From: Eukaryota sp. TZLM1-RC
Taxonomy: Eukaryota; Protista; Metamonada: BaSk clade
Direction: 5' to 3'
Assembly: GCA_040285825.1 (NCBI GenBank)
Contig: JAUPSS010000007.1
Coordinates: forward strand, 2,826,689 to 2,890,688
DNA: 64,000 bases
Part shown: piece after piece, positions 12,595 to 25,593 of the stretch
Position numbering within the stretch: the first letter of the stretch is position 1
How the letters are laid out: each line of letters opens with the position of its first letter
Notes under the pieces: generated by a model
Told to the model about the DNA's origin: nothing
Databases searched by the model: none
The model's input: the letters and a program-made list of their open reading frames with translations, nothing else
Made by a program: the position numbers and the translations under genes

Positions 12595-15500
12595 TTAATC
12601 ACTTCCAAAAATTGGTGCAAGAAAAAACAATGAAAAGATTTGATATTCTTTTATGGCGTTCTCGGACTCAATTTGCCATTATTATTAGATTACCTCAGTT
12701 TTTCAATCGAATAAGAGAAGCTTTAGCTAGACAGCAAGCAGATCAAGATTTTGTAGAGAAAATCTTGGTTACATGATAGTCGTCCCATCTTTTTTTTGAC
12801 ATATTTATTTTTATTCAACAACAAATATGAAATACACAATTAAAACTCCACATCCTCAAAACCTGCCTCCCCTACATCAAAACAATTAATCGCTAAAGAT
12901 TCAGAAAATTTCCCAAAAGAAGATAGTGAATCAGAAATTAGTGTTACCATTCCCTTAAAAATAGAAAATACAATCCTGTTTTGCCAGTAAACACGATTGA
13001 AAATTCTTCCAGTTCTTTCCTTTACAACTACAACAAAATCCTCAAGGAAAGCCATAGCAGCCTTACCTAGAGATCCAAGCAAAGAAAAAACAAATGGACA
13101 TAAATTATATTGGGCATGAGAATTTTCATTAACCGAGGAAATGGGTTTCGCATATTTAGCAATTTTATATTTTTCGCCTGCAAGAAGAGGATTATTTACA
13201 TCCGAGTTAATGAAATGTTCGTTAGAGGAATTACAAGGGTCAATAGACATGGCGTCCAAAATAGTAAAACTACCATTTAAACCAGGAACAACTAGATCAC
13301 CTCTAGTCAGACCCATAAAAGCTCTGTTGTAACGCGTACTATCAATATTGGGATCATCAAGAATTAATTTTGATAACAGCGGTTCTAAAAAGGAATCTAC
13401 ACGATATGATTTGCACATTACATAAATTTGGTCCCTGACGTTATTATGCACTTTGCTTCTAAACGTAATGAAATGTTTACAGTTCAAAAGATGAGTAAAC
13501 AAAAGAGGTTTACCACATTTACAAGTTAAATGATTGGGCAAATTGTTTGGCCACAGAAAACAACGAAAACGCATGTTTAGAAGCCATTCATTGTCTTTTA
13601 ACAAAAGTCCATAAACAGAGGGAACTTGAGTTACTAAAGCAGCAGCTGAACTATCACGAATATCCTTTAAAAAATTACCGAAAGCGGGATTTTTAGTTTT
13701 GGCCAAGCCAAGTCTTACTTCATAATCCAAGCCTTCATATAATTTCACCAGATGGTGCTGAAGCTTTTTCAAGCAAAAATAAATTTGGAAGTGATCGGGT
13801 GGGAATTTCTTGAACATTTTGAGGAAAACACTGAATCCAGATATCACTAGGCAAATTTTCTAATTCAAATTGCAGTTGATTCAAGTAAAAATTTGATTCA
13901 CCATTGATCAGCTGAACATCAAAAGGGAACCTTTGGAAAAATTCAAAAACAAAATTTTTACCACCTCCCAAAAATGCTGCTTTACACAGAATCGAAGATT
14001 TGGTGAATCCAATTCCACCCAAATCTGCTGAACAAAATACATGACTTCGAATTAAAGATTCATTTACTTCTAATAAAGAAGAAAAAATTTTGACTCGAAG
14101 TTTGTTAAAAGATCTGCAAAAATTGAGAGATACCGAAGGGGAGTTGACCTTAAAATATGAGTGAATTTTTCCAGAATAACAAATTTTTAAAATAAAAAAT
14201 TTGATGTGTTTCTCAATGTCACATTCAGCAATAAAACTAAGATCCTTGTCAAACTTCTCCAATAAATTGTTTAACTGGGAATAAATTTCATCCAAATTGC
14301 CAAGCCAACATCCAAGAAACTTAAAAGCTTGTTGGTCATAATTGATAAAAGGAATCTGAGCTCCACCAATCATCAAAGATTGTTTTTCTCTACCAATCAA
14401 GAGACATTTAGATGGGTTCAAAGCTAAACCAATTTCTTTGTATTTCGCCGCAATGTCTTCAGAAACCCTAGAAATGCTTTCAAAAGAACCAATAATAGAA
14501 ATGTCATCCATATAGGCAACAATACGCAAATCAGGGAAATCTTGTTGTGTCATTTTAATAATATTATGAATAGCCAAACAAAACAGCAAAGGGCCAAGAG
14601 GATCACCTTGTTTCACACCAGAAGAAGATTCAAGGGTAAAGGAGTCAAAAATTAAGTCTGATTTTTTTCCATAAAATAAATAAAAATATGCAGAAAGTTC
14701 AGGAAAATCATGAAGAAGCACATCAAAAATACAATTACGTTTCACAGAATTGAAAGCATTTTTGAAATCCAAATTGAAAATATATTGATGTTGTTGACTA
14801 TTGAAAAAAACATCTGAAGTCATTGAAGCAACAGAAGCACCTTCAACAGTATTTATACCAAATTGGAAAGGCTTCAAATAGTCCCTTGCTTTAGTAGAAA
14901 TTCTGTTAAAAATAAGCGAGGAAAGCAATCTGGTTAATGACTCTCCAATAGCAATTGGTCTAACTCCATCAGGTTTGTCACCTTTACCAGGTTTAACTAA
15001 AGCAACTAAACGGGCAGCAGTCAATTCAGGCGGAGGAACATAATTTAAACACATTAAATTTTGAAAATAGGAAGCAAGATCCTCAACAATTTCAGGAGCA
15101 TTTTTACAGGCAGTTTTTAACAAATCAAAGGAAATGCCTGAAGGACCAGCAGCTTTTCCTTTTGGTAATTTAGCAACGGCATTCAATACTTCTTGAGCCT
15201 GAAATGGATTTTCGAGCCAATATTGACAAATAGAAGGCTTACTGGGGCAAAAATGTTCAGTTGGATGGAGGGATTTCAATTTTTCAACAGTTTCGAGATT
15301 GGTATCAGCCAGTTTTCCCGAAAAAATATTTTTTAATCCGCTTCCATATCTACCTCTCAAAAACAATTTTCTTGCTTGAAAAGATGAATTAGCATTTCTC
15401 TGTTTTGGTTTATAATTAATTTTCTTCTTATTCTTTTTGGCAAAGAATTTCCAAAATCTTGTTATGTTCCATTTGTTTAATTTCAATTGCGAAGAAAAAG

Positions 15501-15802
15501 AACGCATTTCCATTGACAAAGGAACAGAACTGGCAGGACTCACCTCTACAGGAATTTTAACAGGTGTACGAAGAGAATCACTTGTTTGACAGTCAAAACA
15601 AAACAATAGAGGGCGACCATTAGAAGAATTAGAGAGGAACTTTTTGCAAAAAGGACAACTATGTTTCAAGACATTATCCGTAGGATCAGGAGCAACAGTT
15701 TCTGGTAAATGAGTTTGATCAATATAACATAATAATATAATATAATATTGTCGTCCCATCAGTTATGAGTTAATTTAAGTAAGCGTGCAAATTCGATAAA
15801 TA
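12595..15802 (+). mobile_element. Family A 3' fragment (12595-12789 and 15750-15802) split by a family C insertion
   Basis: ...EALARQQADQDFVEKILV is followed by the 3' UTR, which resumes at 15750 (gtcgtcccatcagttatgag...gtgcaaattcgataaa). Confidence 0.85.
12790..15749 (-). mobile_element. Long 5'-truncated CRE-like non-LTR retrotransposon, family C (Zn-finger remnant, RT, CCHC, RLE), frameshifted
   Basis: CPFC...CFDC; RT motifs RPIAIGE, LDFKNAFNS, GVKQGDPLGP and AYMDD; CKC..HLLNC..HNNVRD; RGDL, EKYKIAKY; ends GFEDVEF*; A8 tail; 11-bp TSD gtcgtcccatc at 12779-12789 and 15750-15760. Confidence 0.95.
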
Positions 15803-16364
15803 TTTACTGGTCTTGTGTTAATGCTTTCATATTGATTTTTTGACAGCTAAATGAGTGAAGCAGAATTTGCTTGGCCAATGATGATCCTATTGTAAAAGTA
15901 AGTATCATATTTGCACTCTGTTCAGCATAATTCATCATGCTGCAAATTGACTCAATAGTAGTCAATGCTTTGCAATATTGTGCTGGATTGTATTAACAAT
16001 CTACTAATATGTACTCACCACTATTAGCTTGACCATTGATAAGTTAACCTTTAAAATTAGCCGCAGAGCTGATGATATTCAATGTGTATCGAATGATGGT
16101 ACCAATTTTATATAATGACAATAAAATAAAAATAAACCAAAATTTATTATCTTAAATAATCTATCTTACTACAATATTATCGTAACAAATCAATTACATT
16201 TTTTGAATTGAATTTTCGATAAAAATAGCAGAACTATCCATGAAATTAAAATTGCAAAACTCTCATCTTTGCTTCTGTTTTTTGGTGTAACACAGCTTTC
16301 ATGTAAATTTTCACCATCTTTGACATAGTTGGTGAATGAAACGTAGTGTACATAATTTTCTATA

Positions 16365-16437
16365 GACCCTGTGGCGTAATTGGAAGCGCGTTTGACTACG
16401 AATTAAAAGGTTGTGGGTTCGAGTCCTACCTGGGTCG
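16365..16437 (+). tRNA. tRNA-Arg(ACG)
   Basis: 73-nt cloverleaf GACCCTG...TTTGA CT ACG AA TTAAA...GTGGG TTCGAGT CCTAC CTGGGTC G, followed by a T-run. Confidence 0.93.
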
Positions 16438-16709
16438 ATTTATTTTGATTAAAGAAGTCAATACATCAACACCTATTACATAAACTTTCTATACAGTCTT
16501 TCGATTTGTAACGATACCTTACAGTAGGAAAATGGTCACCACACTTCAGGTGACCTCATAAGTTGATATAATGATCAATTCATTAGAGATCTGTTGTTAT
16601 CAACTGACCATGTTCGGCAGTTAAGCAGTTAATCTTAGAAAATGTTGTATTGGATTTTACTGAAGTCGTTACAGGAACGTGTTTGTTCATTGACATGGTT
16701 AGTTTGCAA

Positions 16710-19700
16710 TTCTGTGAAAGAAATCAAATCAAATTTTCCTGAACTCGAAACCTTTTTTATAGGTTTTATGGTAATTCATTTGATTTAATTTTTAATTCTT
16801 TTAATCTTGATTCTTTATCAGGAGTAAAACAAGGAGACCCTTTAGGTCCTTTCTATTTTTGTCTTGCAATTCACCCAATTTTGAAGAAATTAAAAGAAGA
16901 AAATTCTGACCTTCAAGTGGTAGCCTACATGAATGACATTTCTTGTATTGGTCCAAAAAGTACAATTAAAAGGGTTGCTAATGAAGCTGCTACATTATAC
17001 CAATCCATAGGTCTTGAGATGAATGTTCAAAAATGTTTTTGTATTTCTAGAAATAATGTTAAGTTAATAGTTAATTCCCTCGAAGTTCCATATATTGATT
17101 ATACTTCAACTAGTTTCTGCTTTCTTGGTTGCTATTTAGGTTCCGCCGAAAAGAAACTTGATAGCCTTGAAAACTATTTAAATTCAATTAAAAAAAAGCT
17201 AGAAGTCATAAAGACCCTTGAATTGGAAAAACATCTTAATTATTTTCTATTGAAAATTTGTTATGCTGGAAAAATTACTCATTTACTGAGATAATTACCT
17301 CCATCCCTAACTTACAATTTTTGTAGACAATTTAACAAAATACGTACCCAATTTTTGGCTTATTTAATGTCTGTTGATCCATCAATTTTGAAAAATCATA
17401 TTTTTTCTGATGTTCAACTTGGCGGTGTTGGATTCAATTCATCAAAATATTTGACCAAAGCTGCATTCACTGGTGGTGGAAAAAATTTTGTATTTGAATT
17501 CTCTAGAAGATATCCTTTTGCCGAAAATCTTCTTGAAAAAACAAATAGCCTATTCCTCGATAAATTAAGAGAAGAAATATCCAGTTTATCTCCCGACTTA
17601 TGGCAATCATGTTTCCTGTATATCCATTCAAGAAATTCCAGACAGAAGTTTGTATCCTTTAAAATTTGCATTGAAAAAGCTCCAATATATCCAATATATA
17701 ATATAGTATGCTATCAATATTATTTGGGAATTTTTTGGTTCTTTTTGTCCTCCTTTTGAACAAAATTTCGTTAATATTTCCGAAGATTTAACTAATATAG
17801 CACCGAGAAATCAGTCATCCGAGAAATTAAGTAAAATTTTTGAAGACAAATGCTTTGACAACAAATGGTCCAAGGCTTTGTCAGCTTTAAGTCCCGGAGT
17901 CAAAGCACCGAACAATGAAAACACAGTAGATAAACTGAAAATACTTCATCCTTGTGAAGACCCTATTATGGATCAAAATTTTTACGGCACATACTGGGAA
18001 AATTATCCATTGATGCCATCAGAAGTTTTTTCGGTTATCAAAAAGAGACCTCGTGGTAAGTCTGCCGGACTTTCTGGTATTACTATTGGTCATGTAAAAG
18101 CCGCGATTATTTCTTCAGAAGATTGCCTTGGTTTATTGACCAAATTTTTCAACCAAATATTATCTGGTCAACGCAAGTACCCAGAAGAATTAAGAAGTTC
18201 TCGTTTGACTGCACTTGTCAAAAATTCAAAAATGGATGTTCGTCCTATTGCAGTCTCTGAGAGCTTACATAATATTTTTTCTGCGTGTTGCTTAAGCAGG
18301 TTCAATGAAAAAGCTAAAAAGATTTTATTACCCTTTCAATATGGTATAAATACTACAGATGGAGTCTCTTCAGCGATTTTTGCTACTGATGTCTTATTTC
18401 GTCAAAATGAATCCAATGTTTGCATGTCATTGGATTTTTAGTAATGCTTTCAATTCGCTAAGTCGTCGCAGTATCCATGGTGCTTTATTGCAATATATGC
18501 CAGAATTAATACCATATTTTCAATCAACATATTGCACATATTCTAATTTACATTTTGGTAACAACATTTTGATTTCATCAAGTGGCGTAAAGCAAGGAGA
18601 TCCGTTAGGACCTCTTTTGTTTTGTTTGGCCATTCATCCTATTCTACTGCAAATTCAAGAGATGTTTCCTTCACTAAAAATGATTGCATATATGGATGAT
18701 GTTGTGCTTATTGGTGAATTAAATATTGTGAAAAAAAGCAACTGTATGTTTTAAAGAATTATTTACCAAAATTGGTCTCCGACTTAATTTACTTAAATGT
18801 GTTTTGTTATCGAATTCTCCAGTTTCCACAATAATTGATGATATTGAAATTCAAGCCAAATTATATTCAATTGATGCTATTCGTCATTTGGGTTCGTTTT
18901 TAGGAAATAATGATGAAATTACCAAAAAATTGTTTGAAAAGTTGAACTCAATTTCTGACAAAATTGACCGAATGATGAATTTAGATATAAAAAAACACAT
19001 CAAATTTACCATTATAAGACTGTGTTTTAGTTCCAATTTTAATCATATATTTCGATCTACAAATCCTCTCGTCACTAGACCTTTGGCTCAAAAAGTTTAA
19101 TGAGTTACGTGCAAAAGTTCTGTCTCAATTACTGGGATGTAAAATGTTTCAAATTCCAGATCATGCTTACCTTAGTCCACAATATGGTGGTTTAGGGTGG
19201 ACGAAGGCTTCTATTCTTACCTCGTGTGCTTTTGTTGGTGGATGCAGAAATGCAATCTTTGAGTTCTCCGAAAGATTTGCAGATTGGGAAGATTTATTGA
19301 TGACAACGCAAAGTTCCACTGTTTTTGCATTAAATGAAGAAATTTCAAGAATTGATGTAGAAAAATGGGGTCGATGTTTTCCCCAATCATTCAATGGCAA
19401 TATTCCAGAAAAAAATGTTTTAAATTTGAAGTATACTCTTTGAACATTACAGAAAAGATTGACTGGAATGTATGAAAAAGATCTTTATAATAATATTTGC
19501 AGCTCGGCTGTATTAAATCAAGATCTTCACTCATTGTTATTGGAAAAGGGTGTTTGTGAAAACAAGGTGTCAGATTCTTCACTTTTTGTAACCATTGTAC
19601 CACGAAGATTTGGATTGTGTGCTACTAATGAAGCATTTGTAACAAAAATGAGATTATATTTGAACATCCCCATTAACCAATTATTATCAAAAGAAAAATG

Positions 19701-21340
19701 TATTTGTTCGAATTCACCTCAACTCACTTTGCGCCATGCTCTAAATTGCTCTAAATTGATAACTTATCGTTCTTCATTACATGATGCTGTTAGAGACACT
19801 GTTTTCAATATGGCACAAACTGCAAGGATATCTTGTATCAAAGAGCCCCTGCTGAAAGAAACACTTTCTCTGAATAATTTTGGTTCTGATGATAGAGGTG
19901 ATGTATACTGTGATTGGATTGATAATTCTGAAGCTATTGTTGACTTTGTCTCATGTAATGTTGCAAACGATACTTTGGTTCACAGAAGAAAACTTAATCC
20001 TGTGGCTGCTCTGGATTTTTAAAGCAAAAGAAAAACATAGAAAATATGATATAGAAATTGAAGATGCAAATATCGATAGAAATACACAGCTGGTTTTTAT
20101 TGCTTTCCCATTTTCGATAAATGGAAGATTATCAGTTGAAGCAGAAACTTTTTTTGGATGACTTCCAAAAAAATGGTGAAAGAAAAAACAATGAAAAGAT
20201 TTGATATTTTTTTATGGCGTTCACGGATTCAATTTGCCATTATTAATAGATTACCGCGGTTTTTCAATCGAATTAGAGAAGCTTTAGCTAGACAGCAAGC
20301 AAATCAAGATTTTGTAGAGGAAATCTTGGTTTAATGATAGTCGTCCCATTAGTTATGATTTAATTTAATCAAGTGTGCAAATTCAATAAATTAAATAAAA
20401 GCTCCAACGACATTTTGTGAAAAAATGAAAGCAAGGATTTTATTGTTCGACTTAGCACGGCTAAGAAAGAAAATTTTGCTTTTGCAAATTTTTTGATTGA
20501 TTTGAAGGACGGTTCATCTGCAGTTTTGATAAATCAAATTCCCCAGATTTATGGTCTATTTTTGAATGACGACCAATGGACCACTGCTATGGGAATGCGT
20601 TGTTATTTATGGCCTTGTAATTTGCCGAATGATTTGTTTTGCAAATGTGGAGCTGGTTTGACATTATCACATTTATTTAATTTTAATAGATTTATTTCCT
20701 ATCGTTCTACGTTGCATGATGCAATCAGAGATCAAATCCATGCAATGTGTAATTCATATCATATTGAATCTTTTGTAGAACCTTTGTTGAGGTCTCTTGA
20801 TATAAATGAAAGCGTAAGAGATTGAGAATATGGAAAACGACGTGCTGATGTTGTTGTGCCCTCGTTTGATGATGTCATGAATGTTGTTGATGTCGTAACA
20901 GTGGATGTTTGCAAGAAAAATGCCTTGAAAAATGCTCAATCCGAAGTATCCCCCCTTGATGACTCCGAATTGTACAAAGGGAAAAAATATGCAAATTCTT
21001 TAAAAGAATTGAAACATGTTCGCCATGTAGATTACCAAAATTGCCCATTTGCTATATCGTTGTATGGTCGTCTTGGAAAAACTGCTTTGAATTTTATTGA
21101 TGATTTTGAAAATCTTGTGAAAAAAAATGAATAAGCGTTTTGATCGTCGCTTGTGGCTAAATCGTATTGTTTTTACTATTTTCAAATCAATTCCTAAAAT
21201 GATTTCGAAAGCTTTAATGTCTGTCAGTGCACATTATGAAAACATTGCTGCTGTAAGGTTTGATGGTGTGGAAGCTTGTTTTGAAGATATTGACTTTTAG
21301 ACTGTGGTTTTGAAAATAAATTAAAATTAAATTAAAAAAA
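16710..21340 (+). mobile_element. Decayed CRE-like element, family E (16710-17685 and 20397-21340), interrupted by a family A copy
   Basis: GVKQGDPLGP, AYMND and KICYAGK lie upstream; the reading LKKLQ|RHFV resumes at 20397; ends EACFEDIDF* at 21300, then an A-rich tail. Confidence 0.88.
17686..20396 (+). mobile_element. Long 5'-truncated CRE-like element, family A (RT + CCHC + RLE), frameshifted
   Basis: Motifs RPIAVSE, GVKQGDPLGP, AYMDD, CIC..HALNC..HDAVRD, DRGD and KEKHRKY; 11-bp TSD aaaagctccaa at 17675-17685 and 20397-20407. Confidence 0.95.
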
Positions 21341-21594
21341 ATTCTGTGATTTGGTCTGAAAAATTACAAAATAACAAATTTTTCACGCAGAATCCCTAAC
21401 GATTCTTACACTGAAAGTAACTTTTTCTATAAAAAACTAAAGAAAAGAGTGAAATTCAAATTTCAAGTTCTATATGAATAAATGAAGTTCTAAATATCAA
21501 TAGTTTGATGTCAGATTTCAAAATCAACTAAATGAACTCAGTCATCAAGAAATTTGTGAAACAAAGAACCATGGGAAAATTTCAATTTATATAT

Positions 21595-22995
21595 TCAAAA
21601 ATAAAAATACTCAAGCTGCATGTTTATTTGATTTAAAACTTCCAAACAAGTCCCAGACAAGCCTACAGTTTTGGCTGGCGGACCCCTCACACGGGCCAAA
21701 TGAGAATCATAATTGATTCTGATATACCGAGCATTGACGTACTTCTTAAATACTTCATAACCCATTTCCTTTAATGTTGGAACACGAGTGCCGCAACCCA
21801 ACTCTACAACACACAAAGATGCATCTTTATCAAACACATTCAACCAATGATAGAGTCTCTCCTCGTCTGCATAAGATTTTTCTATCCAATGGTCATCATT
21901 GAACATACACACGTTGGGTCTTGCGGTCGTGAAACAAACAGGACATTGTGGGAGGTGTGACTTGGGCGGGCTTGACGAACGAGTGACCGACATAGAGACA
22001 TGGTGGGAAGAAACAGGTGTAATGTGCCTGTTATGAGTGTTTGTGACTGAAAAAGAAGGAAAGAACAAGTGAGGAATTCTAGAACAATGTCGGAAATTGT
22101 GCTGTCCCGCACTCTTCAGCACAGAACGTGAGTTTGGCAGGCTAGGGGGACCAGGGGCAGATGTGTCAAATGACGCTGTGTCAAGACTGTTGCTGGGCGT
22201 ACTATGTCGGGAAATGTGTCGGGATTTTCCGTTGATGAGGAGAGAAGCAGTGGTACTAGGCCTGACAATTCTTTGTGTAGTGGAGTCTATATGGAATCTA
22301 TAGTCTTTGGAGAGTCTAAATGTGGATTGATTACATGGTAAAGTGCACTGAAACTCAAAGCAACTCCCATGAATCTGACAAAGAGTGTGATGCTCAAAAC
22401 CAGCTTTCAGGAACAGTTCGTCAACATTGGAAGTAACAACAAAGTGTTGCTTGTTCTTCGTCCAATTGCGCAGAATATCATAACCACTATGGGGATTAGC
22501 GTCCTTGTAAGAGTTGTAACAAGAACCCCAAAAGCCATAGAAAAGGTCTGGATCTCTGGTTAAAAGTCTAGGTGTGCAAAGGTTGTCATAACTGAGATTC
22601 AACCTTTTGTAAGCTGGAACTTTGGCAATTTCCTGATAGGTAGGCTATAATAAATGGTTAGAAAAACATACAAGACCAGAATCAGCAGAAAAGCCAGCAC
22701 CAGCCAAGATTATTAAGACATCAGAGGATTTTATAAAATGTGCTGCTTTATGAAAGGGGGAAGCAAAGGTAGATTCCTGATCATTTTTAGTGGTTCTAGA
22801 ACCCCACGCTGATTTAGGCACAGCTACACGTGATTTTGGCCTGGAAATAGACCTTTTCCGAGAAGACAAATTAGAAGAAGACTTTACTGTGGAAGGTCTA
22901 CGCCGCGTAGTTGAAGAAGGCCGTTTTGATGTCAAAGTAGAAGTTTTGGTTCGTGGGGCGGAAACGGCTCTTCTTTTAGATTTGAGTACTGTCAT
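21595..22995 (-). CDS. Sir2-family NAD-dependent deacylase with basic S/R/K-rich N-terminus; join(22995..22672,22644..21595)
   Basis: Motifs GAGFSADSGL|PTY, TSNVD, QIHGS, CxxxC...CxxC, RPNV, ELGCGTRVPT and IRIN. Confidence 0.92.
22645..22671 (-). other. 27-nt spliceosomal intron (sirtuin)
   Basis: GTATGT...TTTATTATAG; removal restores SGLPTY. Confidence 0.92.
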
Positions 22996-23156
22996 GTAAG
23001 GAGTGCGAGGTGACTGGCTGAGAGGGTAAAATTGTAGTACAAGAGCTTTCAGAAGAGGAGGGTTGGCAAATTTTTGAATGGAGGAAACTAATCATCTCAA
23101 AAAATTTAATGCAATCAAACCAAAACTGCAAAAAATACAATGTATTTCTGTCTATT

Positions 23157-23235
23157 ATCTATTGTCTCTACATAAAACCGTTTAACTTAATTTTAACTTA
23201 ATTTTAATTAAGTGTGCAAATTCAATAAATAAAAA
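23157..23235 (+). mobile_element. Minimal family A insertion (about 30 nt of 3' UTR plus filler)
   Basis: aattaagtgtgcaaattcaataaa followed by an A tail; 13-bp TSD atttctgtctatt at 23144-23156 and 23236-23248. Confidence 0.8.
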
Positions 23236-24238
23236 ATTTCTGTCTATTGTGTACATTCAAATTGTTTGAAGTTTTTGAAAATGAAACAAACTCAATGCTT
23301 GTATTGACTCACATTTTCTGAGAGCTTAAGAACTGTTTTATCTTTGTGTTCTCTTAATGGCATCTACCTACCAAATACTTACCACTCTTCCTTACGACTC
23401 TTTCAAGTGGGTTTTCTATGAAGGTCTCTAAGTTGAAGAACTTCACATGCCAGCTTCGAGCAACATCATGACATCCTCTCAAAAATTTTGAATTTCGTCA
23501 AAATCTTCTGAATTTTACTGCTTTGAATCATTTGGCTCCACTTTTGACAGTAGAAACCATGATATAGATCAGTTGCTTTTTTGGGGGTTTTTGGTTTAGC
23601 TTTACAATAACGGAGAAATGAAATAATCGGAATACTGGGATAAATTGCTACAAGAGAAGCACTGACTGTTGTAACATTAATGGTATTGGTGATATATATT
23701 ATTCCATTGTATGAGCACATCAAAAACTTGACCAAATACTCTCCTTCAAAAAGTCCACTGCTGGCGTTTAAGCTGGTTGAAATGTTATGGTTATCCAATA
23801 GTCCAACACTAGCACCAGGAAAGCTACTTTTTAGGCCATTTACTTCTTAGTTATTTAGTTTTGGATAAGAACCAATTTCCAAGATTCAAGTTATTGTGGT
23901 TTTCAAGAACGATGAACTGAAGCACAGCCAGATTGCGGACAAGAAGAATTTGGCAGAAAAAAGGAACATTATTTATGAAAACAGTGAAGAACATGGTGAA
24001 AACTTACCTTATTGATCTTGATTTTGATAGTAAGAATACTGATCTAGGTTTGGGTTTCAGTGGTTTCTTATATAGAAATTGGCATTTCGGCATGAGTTAC
24101 ACTCACGACGTCAAGGAAAAATGTAAAAGTGTAGCTTCATATATCAATATCCCAAAAATGAAGAAATAAGAAATCATTCTCAGTTCAATTCTCAACTTTC
24201 AGTCAACTCGACTGTTTCCTTTTATTATATCTGCTTTA

Positions 24239-24985
24239 ATGTCTTCCGCTCAACAACTTTTTGAAGAAGGTAAGCAATGCCTGGATGCGAAAAACTATGA
24301 CGAGGCTGTTCGACTTTTGCGGGAAGCTATCGATCTAGGATCTGCTGAAGCTATGTCAACTTTAGGATTCTGTTACGACAATGGTTTTGGTGTAGAAAAG
24401 AACATTGATAATGCTGTATATTGGTACAAAAAATCAGCCGATAATGGCTTCGCAAGAGCTGCAGCTAATGTAGGCTCCTGCTACTATCATGGAGATGGTG
24501 TTCCTCAAGATTACTCTGTAGCTATAAAATTTTATCAACAGGCCGCAGATCAGAATTGTAAGTATGGTTCTACTTGGTTAGGAGTCTGTTATGAACGAGG
24601 ACATGGTGTTGAACAAGATATTGCTAAAGCAATCAAGTGGTATGAAACAGCCGTAGATCTTGACAGTAACGAAGCACAATTTAATCTTGCTCGTTTATAT
24701 GCAAAGGGACACGGAATCAAACGTGATTTCAAGAAGGCACTTGCCCTCTATACTAAAGCTGCCGAGGGAGGTAACTCTATGGCTATGCTCAACTTAGGTG
24801 TCATGTATGCTCAAGGTCACGTTGTTGGACAAAACTATGAAGAAGCCTTCAACTGGTTTCAAAAGGCAGCCAATTTAGGAGATACACATGCAATGTATAA
24901 CCTGAGTCGTTGTTATAAGGAAGGCCTTGGAGTCGAACGGGATTTAGACAAGGCCAAATATTGGTCTGAGAAGTCAGAGAACTGA
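24239..24985 (+). CDS. SEL1-like repeat protein (about 6 repeats, no signal peptide)
   Basis: Repeated A..NLG..Y..G.GV..D...A..WY..AA units. Confidence 0.95.
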   Translation: MSSAQQLFEEGKQCLDAKNYDEAVRLLREAIDLGSAEAMSTLGFCYDNGFGVEKNIDNAVYWYKKSADNGFARAAANVGSCYYHGDGVPQDYSVAIKFYQQAADQNCKYGSTWLGVCYERGHGVEQDIAKAIKWYETAVDLDSNEAQFNLARLYAKGHGIKRDFKKALALYTKAAEGGNSMAMLNLGVMYAQGHVVGQNYEEAFNWFQKAANLGDTHAMYNLSRCYKEGLGVERDLDKAKYWSEKSEN

Positions 24986-25593
24986 TCAATCATTTGTGAT
25001 TGATTGATAGGTATTCTTTTTTTAGGAATTTCAATAATGGTAAATGTAAAACACTTTTATCGAAATCAATTAGTGAAATTGAACCTTTAAACCTAAAATT
25101 CTAATGTGATTCAGAATTTACTCACCTGAAACGGACTAATATTTTCTACCACATAGATGTGCTTCAATGTCTTTTCATGGATTCAGTCATATCGTCCTAT
25201 TATACATGCTGTCGCTGCTTTAAGTTCTGGTCCAATCAATAATGTTTCTTGCTGGTTATTTTAAAAGTTTGCAAATGTAACCCTTCAATTTACAGAATTT
25301 AACTTTGTGTAGTTTGTGCTGTTTCAGAATTTTTAGAAGAATCGATCTCTTTAGAAACGTTATGTCAATCAATTTTTTTCATAGAACACATAGCAAACAA
25401 CATCCTTATTTTATTCGTGACAATTCAACATATTGCTAAAACAATAATAAGATTCATTAACAAGAATAAAAGAAAACTATATAAAAAATTGACTAATTTA
25501 CTAAATGAATAATTGCTTTGGATAATAATGTTGCTGTACTAAATACAAAATAAAAAAAAACACGCTTAAATAGACTAAAGAACAAAAATAAAA

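Noticed and set aside
16524-16610. GGTCACC/GGTGACC hairpin and C/D-like boxes downstream of tRNA-Arg (tRNA-snoRNA dicistron?)
   Set aside because: The boxes are imperfect, a T-run follows the tRNA, and no rRNA complementarity was recognised.
17878-20334. Programmed frameshifting in the family A (and C) ORFs
   Set aside because: The breaks fall in homopolymer runs and are absent from the sister copy 57793-58954 where the two overlap. They are better explained by decay or long-read indel errors. Some elements may therefore be more intact than they look.
23375-23383. ATACTTACC resembling the U1 snRNA 5' end
   Set aside because: No recognisable U1 stem-loops follow, and a 9-mer match is expected by chance.
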